From Akkermansia muciniphila ATCC BAA-835 (GTDB lineage: Bacteria; Verrucomicrobiota; Verrucomicrobiia; Verrucomicrobiales; Akkermansiaceae), in the NCBI RefSeq assembly GCF_000020225.1, contig NC_010655.1:2610001-2642000 (forward strand): DNA of 32,000 bases. The letters run 5' to 3'. The stretch's first letter is position 1. Each line of letters opens with the position of its first letter. Shown piece after piece: positions 9,364-17,639 of the stretch. The notes beneath the pieces are model-generated. The model saw only the letters and a list, made by a program, of their open reading frames with translations. It did no database searches and was not told the DNA's origin. The translations under genes and the position numbers were made by a program.

Positions 9364-10386
9364 ATGATACGCCTTTCAGACCACATCGCGGCCGCTGGCG
9401 GCTGGCTCTCCCTGGAAGCTTTCATGCAGCTGGCCCTGCACCACCCGCAGGAAGGGTACTACTCCTCTTCCATTGAAAACATCGGTCAACGCGGGGATTT
9501 TTCCACCACCCCCACGCTTTCCCCCATCCTCGCAAAAGCCATTGTCGCGCACTGGAAAGAAGCCTGCTCCCGCTGCGGCAGGCGGCTGCCTCTGCTGGAA
9601 ATAGGCGCCGGCTCCGGTGCCCTGGCCGTTAAAATCCTGGAGCAGCTGGGATTCTGGAACCGCCTGAATACGGATTACGTGATTGTGGAATCTTCCCCAC
9701 GTCTGCGCGAATTCCAGCACCTTCTGCTGGGAGGCCGCGCTAAAATTTACTCCACCATGGAAAAAGCGCTGAAACACTGCGGAGGCAAGGCCTTTATTTT
9801 CTCCAACGAGCTGGTGGATGCCTTCCCGGCGCGCGTATTTGAATACACGGAACAGGACTGGAAAGAAGTGGGGCTTGTCGTGAAAAACGGAGCCGTCCGG
9901 GAAGAACTGCGCCCCGTCCGGCAGCAGCCGCTTTTCTCCCATATGCTGGAATACGGCTCCCAGCCGGGGCAGCGGGTGGAAATTCACGACTCCTACGCGC
10001 GCTGGTTTACGAGCTGGCTTCCCCTCTGGAACATGGGCGTCATGACGGTCATCGACTACGGGGATGAAATGGAGCGGCTGTACTATCGCCGCCCCCGGGG
10101 TTCCCTGCGCGGGTACAAAAGCCACCAGGTGCTGACGGGGGAGGAACTGTACCGTAACCCCGGCCTCACGGATTTGACCTGTGACGTCAATTTTACGGAC
10201 CTGCTGGAACTATCCCGCAACTGTCTGGGAGACCGGGTCACTTTCATGACCCAGCGGGACTACCTGCTCCCCCATGCGGAAAACACGCCGCAGGATGCCT
10301 TTCTAACGGATGAATACGGTGCCGGAGAACACTTCCACGTACTCATTCAGGAACGCCAGCGGCTGCAACCGGAAGGCACCCAGTAA
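9364..10386 (+). CDS. SAM-dependent methyltransferase, MidA/NDUFAF7 (DUF185) family
   Basis: GDFSTTPTLSPILAKAI matches the family GDFxTxPExS motif. The SAM-binding motif is LLEIGAGSGALA. 340 aa. Confidence 0.8.
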   Translation: MIRLSDHIAAAGGWLSLEAFMQLALHHPQEGYYSSSIENIGQRGDFSTTPTLSPILAKAIVAHWKEACSRCGRRLPLLEIGAGSGALAVKILEQLGFWNRLNTDYVIVESSPRLREFQHLLLGGRAKIYSTMEKALKHCGGKAFIFSNELVDAFPARVFEYTEQDWKEVGLVVKNGAVREELRPVRQQPLFSHMLEYGSQPGQRVEIHDSYARWFTSWLPLWNMGVMTVIDYGDEMERLYYRRPRGSLRGYKSHQVLTGEELYRNPGLTDLTCDVNFTDLLELSRNCLGDRVTFMTQRDYLLPHAENTPQDAFLTDEYGAGEHFHVLIQERQRLQPEGTQ

Positions 10387-10559
10387 TCCAGGAAACCGTA
10401 CTTGGAAATGCCGGACGAAACCTAAGCAGGCCCCGTCCGACAGCGACGGCCCCATCTTTCTCCGAGAGAGAAAAACATTGATTACAGGAATTAGACTGAT
10501 GCCCGGAAGGGATGGCATCCTGTCAAGGGCTCAGCATGAGAGGAAAACATTTTCTAACA

Positions 10560-10770
10560 AACAGACAACATTGATGTCTATTAAGGGAATGCACTGAGCG
10601 TAAGAATTATAATATTATTTTCTCATGGAATAAATTCTCATGTTCTTAAAATAACAGAAATTTTCAAATAAATTCTTATTGACGCTAAATCTGAATAATG
10701 CTACTACGAAAATAATAATAGAGGGTTGTTCTCTTCTAATTTCATTATCAATACTAACTCTTAATACCTG
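10560..10770 (+). promoter_or_regulatory. AT-rich leader and probable promoter region of the RHS gene
   Basis: GC drops sharply and there are no ORFs. It contains TTGACG (10679-10684), but I could not pair it with a convincing -10. An in-frame TAA at 10762-10764 fixes the RHS start at about 10771. Confidence 0.3.
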
Positions 10771-13700
10771 ATGAATCCCCCTCATCGTTCTGCCGTTCCC
10801 GCTTACCGGAAATGGTACTTTGGAGCCGGCGGCAGCGTCGGCAGGCGGGGCATGGAGGCAGCTCCGGAGCCCGATCCGCTACCGTTTGAAGCGATCCGGA
10901 TCCATGGGGAAAGAACCGTGGGGCCGCCGAGCACGTCGGCGGACGGGCACAGCGCGCACGGGACATTCACCATCCCGGAAGGGGAGGGGGGAAAAAAGCT
11001 CTACGGCACCTGCTCGCTCTTCCTTGGGGTGGACGACTGGGGAAGCCTGGAAGTAAAGGACTCCGGCGGCAACGTGGTGGCGCAGGTGGATCTGAAAGAA
11101 AACCCGCAGACGGCGGGCGAACAGGGCGGGCACAAATACCACACGGGGACTGGCGGGGCGCAGCTCCCCTCCGGCACCTACAGCTGGGAAGTCAGCCAGA
11201 CCAACATCGACTACAATCCGGCAAGCGGCAACACCTCCATCTGCAACTACAGCATCGACGTGGTGCCGACGGAACCGGGGGGCAGGAAAGAACCCGAACC
11301 GTGTCCCTGCGAGGGAGACACGTGCGACAACAGCGGCGGAACGCCGCCCTCCCCGCCGCAGGCCCGGTCGTGCCCTGAGGCGGGCATGGAAAGCGGCGCC
11401 CTGGGAAACTACAGCTCGGCGGGGTGCAGCGTGACGGCGGAAAGCACGGCCACGCTGATGTACTGGTCCTGCAACTTCGGAGCGTTCCGTGGACTTGGGG
11501 GCCTTCCGGCCGGAAGGGTGGAACTGAGGGCTGAACAAAACGTCTCCGGCCTGGAAAGCCCCTCCTCGCTGGCCTACAACCATCCCCTGAACAGCCGTCT
11601 GGACGTGCCGGAAGGGGGCATTGCGCCGGGAGTGCGGTTCAACCTGGTGCAGGGAGACCGGGTGATTGCCATGCGCTGCTACACGGACGGGTCCGTGCTG
11701 CCCATCGGGGTGGACACGTCGGGCGGAGGGCGTGCGGCGCTGGCCACGGTGGAAGGACAATCCTGCCTGCGCTGGGTGGTGGAAGACGGCAGCCAATACC
11801 TCTTCTCGGCGGAAACGGGAACGCTCCTCTCCTACACCACCACGGACAGGCAGGTCATCTCCAACGCGTCATCCTATCTGGACGTCAGGCATGCCGGAGA
11901 CGGCTCGCTGAGGCAAATCTGGAACCTGTGGGACGGCCTGCTCAACGTGGAAAACGTCACCTCCACGGGCTACACCATCGCGCTCTATACCCCTGGGCAA
12001 ATCACCGGAACGGACGAACAGGGATTTTATACCGTTACGGGCGCTCCCTTGAAAACATTTATTCTTTCCCTGGATGCTGAGGAAAAGTTCACCATCACGG
12101 AACAGGCGCCTGCCAGGCAGCCCTACGCCGTCACCTGGTGGAACGACGGCCTGGCGTGGAACATGCGGCAGGGCACGGGGGAAGACGCCCTCACGACCCT
12201 CCGCACGCGCACGGAGCTGGAACCGGAAAACTCGGTCTGGCAGCTGGTCACGGAAATCTCCAAAAACGGAATCGTGGCGGCGCGCACCTGCGCCATCTAC
12301 CAGACCACGGACGTGGGCGACCTGCTGCTCACGCTGGCGGAAGGCTACGGAAGCCCGGAGGAGCAAACCACGCAATACGCCTACGACCAGTGCGGACGGC
12401 TCAGAACGGAAACGGCCCCGGGCGGCAGCCAGACTCATTACGCCTATGACCTCTACGGCCGCCTGCTCAGCCGGGACGAACCGTGGGCGGAAAGCGGCAG
12501 GCGCATCACGCGCTACACCTACGCCTGTTCGGGAGAAGCCGACTTCAGCAACGAACCCGCCACGGAAACGGCAGACCTGCTTCCGCTGGAAGGACACGTC
12601 AAAACGCTGACATCCACCACCTGGAAATACACGACGGCCAACCACATCAAAAGAACGGAACGGCGGGTCACCGGACTGGGCGTGACGGGCACGCGCCTGA
12701 CGGCGGAGGAACAATGGCTGGCCGGAGCCGCCAACATCCATGCCCGCGGACGCACGCGGTTCAGCCGGGACCTCGACGGCGTGCAAACGTGGCACGACTA
12801 CGCGGCCACGACGGAGCACGGCGCCCTCTACACGGAAACGGTGGAAACGCGCATCAACGGAGAAGCCGTGCCGGGACAAAGCACGCGCGCCGTCACCTGG
12901 ATCACGGCGGAAGGGCAGCGCGTCAGGGAAGAAAACTACCTCCTGCTTTCCACCGGGCAATGGGCGCTCACGGGCAGCGCCGTCTACGAATTTGACACGC
13001 AGAACCGGTGGGTGAAGCGGACGGCGGGCAACGGCCGGCTCACGGAACGCGAACTGATGTGCGACGGAGGCCTGCTGTGGGAAATCGATGAAAACGGCAT
13101 CAGGACGGACTACGCCTACGACACGGCGCGCCAACTGGTGGAAGTCACGCGTTCCGCCGTGATGGACGGGGAAACCGTCATCACGCCGGAAACCATCACC
13201 ACCTACGTCCGGGATGCGGCAGGGCGCGTACTCTCCACGCGTCAAGACACGGGGGCGATGACCACGCGGGAAAGCGCCACCTACGACCTTCTTGGCAGAA
13301 CAACCTCCACCACGGACGTCCTGGGCCGGGTCACTACCTACGCCTACAGCCAGGACGGCTTGACGGTCACGCAAACCGTCCCTTCCGGGGCTACATTCAT
13401 CACGCGCAGCGCGCCGGACGGAACGGTGATGGAAGAATCCGGCACGGGGCAGCGGCACGTCATCTACGCCATCGACCTGGTCAGCGACGGTGTGCGGACC
13501 TTCACGAAAGCCGTCTCCGGGGAAACGCAAACCGAGCTGCAGCGCAGCATTGTCAACGGAGCCGGGGAAACCCTGCGCACGGGCGTCCCCAACACCACCG
13601 GTGGCGTCATTTACACGAGGAACACCTACAACGCCAGGGGGCAGCTCACCAAAACGCAGACGGACGCGGGCAATGCGGCCACGACGATGGCCCCGACCCT

Positions 13701-16509
13701 GTGGGAATACGACGCCTTCGGCAACAAAACGAAAGAAACCTGGAAACTCGCCGATCCGGCCACGACATCCAACTCGCGCATCACCACGTGGAGCTACGGC
13801 GTGGAACAGGCCCAGGATGAAGTATACCGCGTTGTTACGGCGACCAGGAACAACAGCCGGGGAACGACCTATAACGAAACGCAGAAAACGCTGGCTTCCT
13901 CCCTCTCGTCCACGCTGGAAAGCAAAGTCATTTCCATCGACCCCAGGGGAAACGCTTCCGAACAATGGAGCGAATACGGTCCGGGCGCCGTCCGGACGCA
14001 GAAAAGCAGCATCCCCACCTCCGACATCACGGCCGCCGCTACGGTCATCGACGGTTTTATCATCTCGCAAACGGACCATGCGGGCGTCACGGCCACGCAT
14101 ACCCGCGCCTACACGGAAACCGGCGTCATCTACGCCAGCACGGACGGCCGGGGCAACACGGTCACGACGCACACCGACCTTACCGGGCGCACGATCTCGG
14201 TGACGGACGCGGCGGGCAACACGACTTCTACCGCCTACGGCCCCTGGTTTGACCAGCCTGCCGTCGTCACCAACGCCCTGGGCAACACGACCTGCTACGG
14301 CTACGACCTCCGGGGCCGCAACACGGCGCAATGGGGAACGAGGGCCCAGCCCCTGCTCTTCGGCTATGACGAGGCGGACAGGATGATAAGCCTCACCACG
14401 TTCCGGGAGGACGCGGGCGACATCACCGCCGACCCCACGGGACGCACGGACGGGGACGTCACTACGTGGAGCTACGATGACGCCACGGGCCTGCTCATCC
14501 GCAAAACCTGGGCGGACGGCACCCATGAAGACACCGCCTACAATGCCCTGAACTTCAAATCCACGCTCATGGACGCGCGGGGGGTGGTCACCACCTGGGG
14601 CTACAACCTGAAGAAGGGGGTCAACAACTCCGTCTCCTACAGCGACTCCACGCCCGGCATCCAGTACGCCTACAACCACCTCAACCAGCTGACCCAGGTC
14701 ACGGACGCCTCCGGCTCGCGCGTCCTCACGTACACCCCCTGCAACGAACCGGACACCGACAGCATCACCATCGGAGGGAGCTCTTACCAGCTCCAGGAAC
14801 ACTACGACACTTACGGACGCTCCTCCGGCTATACCCTGAAACAGGGAACCGACGTCCTCCAGGAAGCCAGCCAGGGCTATGAAACCGACGGAAGGCTGGC
14901 CAGCGCCGGAATCAGGCACGGGGGAACGGAGCAAAGCTTCGCCTACGGCTACCTGGCAGGAAGCAGCCTGCTCTCCAGCCTTGCGATGCCCGACGGCATC
15001 GTCCGGGAACTTGCCTATGAACAGCGCCGCAACCTGGTCACGGCAATCAACTGCCGCCTGGGGGAAACCGTGCTGGTCTCCCGCAGCCAGGGCTACGATG
15101 CCCTGGGACGCCCGGTCACCCGCACCCAGCAGCGTGGAACGGAACCCGCCCGCAGCGACAGCTTCAGCTACAACGGCAGAAACGAACTCACCGCCGCTAC
15201 CCTGGGCGCCGCCCCCTACGGCTACAGCTACGACAACATCGGCAACCGCAAGACGGCACGGGAACCGGCCGAAGAACTCGCCTACGCGGCCAACGGGCTC
15301 AACCAGTACACCGGCATTGAAGAAAGCGGGGAAGCTCCTTTTGTGCCGACGTACGACGCCTCGGGCAACCAGACCCTCATCAAGACGTCAACGGGCATCT
15401 GGACGGCCGTGTACAACGCGGCCAACCGCGCGGTGAGCTTCACCAGCCGGGACGGCGCGACAGTCGTGGAATGCGGCTACGATTACCAGGGACGCCGCTA
15501 CATGAAGAAAGTGACCCAAAACGGCACGGTCGCCAGCCACGAACGCTATCTATACCGCGGCTATTTACAAATAGCGGCATTGGATATGCTGGACAACCGT
15601 AACGTGCTTCGCACGCTGTTGTGGGATCCTCTGGAACCGGTGGCCACCCGCCCCCTGGCCCTCGCGCAGGGCGCTTCCCTGTACTGCTACGGCATGGACT
15701 TCAACAAGAATGTGTCGGAGGTCTTCGACGCACAGGGAACGATCGCGGCGGCTTACGACTACTCGCCCTATGGGATAGTTGGCAGCACAGGCAACCTCGT
15801 CCAACCCGTACAGTGGTCCGGCGAGATGCACGACGAAGAACCCACCCTGGCCTATTATAATTACCGCTTTTACAACCCCAAAGACGGCAGGTGGATCAAT
15901 AGGGATCCCATCGCTGAACAGGGAGGATGGAATTTTTATGCGTTCGTAGGGAACAGCCCTCAAGATAAGTTTGATGCTTTGGGGTTAGAAGATAAGAAAA
16001 AAGATAAAGAATTTCTTGGATATGTTTATGATCAAACTTTAGAAGGAACAGACATATACATTTGTGAAACAACAGGATTGAAAATAAATGACAAAATTTT
16101 AAATAATACAGTTTCAGAATCCATGAACGCTTTTAAGGAAGCTAATAGTGCTAATCAAGCGGCAAGCAATATTAGATATGCAAAAGATTTTAGTAAAAAA
16201 GTGTCTAAACTTTATAAAGTAACTCCTGGAACAAAAATTCCCGGAGTAAAAATTTCTTCAATTAAAGATATAATTGATTTTGTTTATATCAAAAGAGATG
16301 AAAAAGTTGCATATCAACAATTTTATGAAGCTGCTACACGATATCAAACGCTAAAGAAAAAGACATTCTCAAGTTGTTTTGAATTATGCGTAGCCATGGG
16401 AGAGTATGCAAAAGTATTTTTAAAAAATGATTTAGGAAAAGGAATAGTTAAATTTTCTACTGACTATTGTATTTCTAAATGTAATAAAAGGCATAAAACA
16501 TTAGATTAA
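10771..16509 (+). CDS. RHS / YD-repeat polymorphic toxin, 1912 aa
   Basis: There are many YD repeats (YAYDQCGRL, YAYDLYGRL, YDLLGRT, YGYDLRGRN, YDALGRP, YSYDNIGNR, YDYQGRR ...). The RHS-associated core end is GRWINRDPIAEQGGWNFYAFVGNSPQDKFDALGL, followed by a divergent low-GC tip. Confidence 0.95.
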   Translation: MNPPHRSAVPAYRKWYFGAGGSVGRRGMEAAPEPDPLPFEAIRIHGERTVGPPSTSADGHSAHGTFTIPEGEGGKKLYGTCSLFLGVDDWGSLEVKDSGGNVVAQVDLKENPQTAGEQGGHKYHTGTGGAQLPSGTYSWEVSQTNIDYNPASGNTSICNYSIDVVPTEPGGRKEPEPCPCEGDTCDNSGGTPPSPPQARSCPEAGMESGALGNYSSAGCSVTAESTATLMYWSCNFGAFRGLGGLPAGRVELRAEQNVSGLESPSSLAYNHPLNSRLDVPEGGIAPGVRFNLVQGDRVIAMRCYTDGSVLPIGVDTSGGGRAALATVEGQSCLRWVVEDGSQYLFSAETGTLLSYTTTDRQVISNASSYLDVRHAGDGSLRQIWNLWDGLLNVENVTSTGYTIALYTPGQITGTDEQGFYTVTGAPLKTFILSLDAEEKFTITEQAPARQPYAVTWWNDGLAWNMRQGTGEDALTTLRTRTELEPENSVWQLVTEISKNGIVAARTCAIYQTTDVGDLLLTLAEGYGSPEEQTTQYAYDQCGRLRTETAPGGSQTHYAYDLYGRLLSRDEPWAESGRRITRYTYACSGEADFSNEPATETADLLPLEGHVKTLTSTTWKYTTANHIKRTERRVTGLGVTGTRLTAEEQWLAGAANIHARGRTRFSRDLDGVQTWHDYAATTEHGALYTETVETRINGEAVPGQSTRAVTWITAEGQRVREENYLLLSTGQWALTGSAVYEFDTQNRWVKRTAGNGRLTERELMCDGGLLWEIDENGIRTDYAYDTARQLVEVTRSAVMDGETVITPETITTYVRDAAGRVLSTRQDTGAMTTRESATYDLLGRTTSTTDVLGRVTTYAYSQDGLTVTQTVPSGATFITRSAPDGTVMEESGTGQRHVIYAIDLVSDGVRTFTKAVSGETQTELQRSIVNGAGETLRTGVPNTTGGVIYTRNTYNARGQLTKTQTDAGNAATTMAPTLWEYDAFGNKTKETWKLADPATTSNSRITTWSYGVEQAQDEVYRVVTATRNNSRGTTYNETQKTLASSLSSTLESKVISIDPRGNASEQWSEYGPGAVRTQKSSIPTSDITAAATVIDGFIISQTDHAGVTATHTRAYTETGVIYASTDGRGNTVTTHTDLTGRTISVTDAAGNTTSTAYGPWFDQPAVVTNALGNTTCYGYDLRGRNTAQWGTRAQPLLFGYDEADRMISLTTFREDAGDITADPTGRTDGDVTTWSYDDATGLLIRKTWADGTHEDTAYNALNFKSTLMDARGVVTTWGYNLKKGVNNSVSYSDSTPGIQYAYNHLNQLTQVTDASGSRVLTYTPCNEPDTDSITIGGSSYQLQEHYDTYGRSSGYTLKQGTDVLQEASQGYETDGRLASAGIRHGGTEQSFAYGYLAGSSLLSSLAMPDGIVRELAYEQRRNLVTAINCRLGETVLVSRSQGYDALGRPVTRTQQRGTEPARSDSFSYNGRNELTAATLGAAPYGYSYDNIGNRKTAREPAEELAYAANGLNQYTGIEESGEAPFVPTYDASGNQTLIKTSTGIWTAVYNAANRAVSFTSRDGATVVECGYDYQGRRYMKKVTQNGTVASHERYLYRGYLQIAALDMLDNRNVLRTLLWDPLEPVATRPLALAQGASLYCYGMDFNKNVSEVFDAQGTIAAAYDYSPYGIVGSTGNLVQPVQWSGEMHDEEPTLAYYNYRFYNPKDGRWINRDPIAEQGGWNFYAFVGNSPQDKFDALGLEDKKKDKEFLGYVYDQTLEGTDIYICETTGLKINDKILNNTVSESMNAFKEANSANQAASNIRYAKDFSKKVSKLYKVTPGTKIPGVKISSIKDIIDFVYIKRDEKVAYQQFYEAATRYQTLKKKTFSSCFELCVAMGEYAKVFLKNDLGKGIVKFSTDYCISKCNKRHKTLD
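15142..15254 (+). repeat. RHS core segment repeated downstream (copy 1 of a direct repeat)
   Basis: About 113 bp, near-identical (about 5 mismatches by eye) to 17384-17496. It encodes EPARSDSFSYNGRNELTAATLGAAPYGYSYDNIGNRKT. Confidence 0.9.
15988..16509 (+). other. RHS C-terminal toxin domain (aa 1740-1912), family unknown
   Basis: It starts immediately after DALGL and coincides with the GC drop from about 60% to about 30%. It is Lys-rich, has a single His, and carries CFELC and CISKC motifs. No nuclease, deaminase, ART or peptidase signature that I can recognise. Confidence 0.8.
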
Positions 16510-16515
16510 CAAAAC

Positions 16516-17316
16516 ATGAAAAATATCTTCAATATATTAATATTCAGCACCATAATAAATATAACCCAAGCACAAGACAATATAGAAACTTTGAAACAGA
16601 TCGTTCAATCCGCAGATTTATTTCAAGATTTTCCTATAATAAAATTCATAGATACTAATAAAAATTTAAATGATACCACAAGATACACACAGATACCATA
16701 TTATCGGGATAGATTTGAAGCTTGGAAAAATATTCAAATAGTGACATCTGGAGTTATCAAATTCAAAAAAGACAATGTAGTAGGTAGATCATATGATGTT
16801 ATTCAGATAGATCAGCAAACTGGAAAGCCTGTTCCAAGTTTTTGTATGTTTGGTGGTCGAGATGCAGCAATTTATACATATCAAGTTTTGAAAATCGGAC
16901 AAACCATGTATTTGTGCCACCAATGGTACAATGAATTATGGAAACCTGTTCATAATGAATGGGGAATATCTAGTGTAATAATCAAACACGATTCTTTCCA
17001 AGACAGAGCTATTATGTTCTTTTTGGATAAGGAAAAAAAATCATATGTCTTACCATGCGGAGTTGCCTCAGCCTTGTATGAGAAAAAAAATCAAAAGATT
17101 GTATTAACATTTTTTGATCGTAAAAATCAGCTTACCGAGCTGAATAATGAAGAATACCGTATTTCCAAAATAGAAGCTTCATGTGATAATGACAATATAA
17201 CATGTTATCTGAATGATAAAAAAATTGATATGCAATGGTCCAAAATAGGAAATTGGAGAGAAATGATGATTTATAATTTATGGACTTATGGCAACGGAAT
17301 TGATTGGAAGAATTGA
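16516..17316 (+). CDS. Putative cognate immunity protein, predicted exported
   Basis: It starts 6 nt after the RHS stop and shares the about 30% GC of the toxin tip. 266 aa. The N-terminus MKNIFNILIFSTIINITQA/QD looks like a Sec signal peptide. No family recognised. Confidence 0.6.
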   Translation: MKNIFNILIFSTIINITQAQDNIETLKQIVQSADLFQDFPIIKFIDTNKNLNDTTRYTQIPYYRDRFEAWKNIQIVTSGVIKFKKDNVVGRSYDVIQIDQQTGKPVPSFCMFGGRDAAIYTYQVLKIGQTMYLCHQWYNELWKPVHNEWGISSVIIKHDSFQDRAIMFFLDKEKKSYVLPCGVASALYEKKNQKIVLTFFDRKNQLTELNNEEYRISKIEASCDNDNITCYLNDKKIDMQWSKIGNWREMMIYNLWTYGNGIDWKN

Positions 17317-17319
17317 CAC

Positions 17320-17572
17320 TCCTGTATCAGAGCTATAATGCCCCCTTAGAATGCCCGACTGCCCGCACGCAGTGGGGGGTATGGAGCCTGCCCGCAGCGA
17401 CAGCTTCAGCTACAACGGCAGAAACGAACTCACCGCCGCCACCCTGAGCGCCGCCCCCTACGGCTACAGCTACGATAACATCGGCAACCGCAAGACAAAC
17501 GCAGGAGACAGAGAAAAAATTTATAAATGCCTATTCAATTTTATACATCTTCACGAAATTGTTATGAATTAA
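17320..17572 (+). pseudogene. Orphan RHS core remnant 1 (displaced 3' core fragment, toxin tip lost)
   Basis: 17320-17383 is a decayed match, with indels, to the main gene at about 15077-15141. 17384-17496 is near-identical to 15142-15254. It then runs into AT-rich sequence and stops after 24 unrelated codons (NAGDREKIYKCLFNFIHLHEIVMN). Confidence 0.8.
17384..17496 (+). repeat. RHS core segment, copy 2 of the direct repeat
   Basis: Aligned by eye to 15142-15254. Confidence 0.9.
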
Positions 17573-17639
17573 GATTTATTGCAACAATATATCGCCATCC
17601 GGTATACGACGAAACTTTCGAAATCTAAAAAATCATATT

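Noticed and set aside
16375-16482. Reading the toxin tip as a cytidine/DNA deaminase-like toxin, based on CFE...x27...YCISKC.
   Set aside because: The second motif is CX3C rather than PCX2C. Only 8 residues follow it, so the C-terminal strands of the deaminase fold are missing. The adjacent immunity candidate looks exported. I keep it only as a minor alternative in the findings.
17033-17090. Two A8 tracts inside the immunity ORF (17033-17040 and 17083-17090) as possible slippage sites.
   Set aside because: Runs of this length are expected by composition in DNA of about 30% GC, and nothing else points to a switching function.
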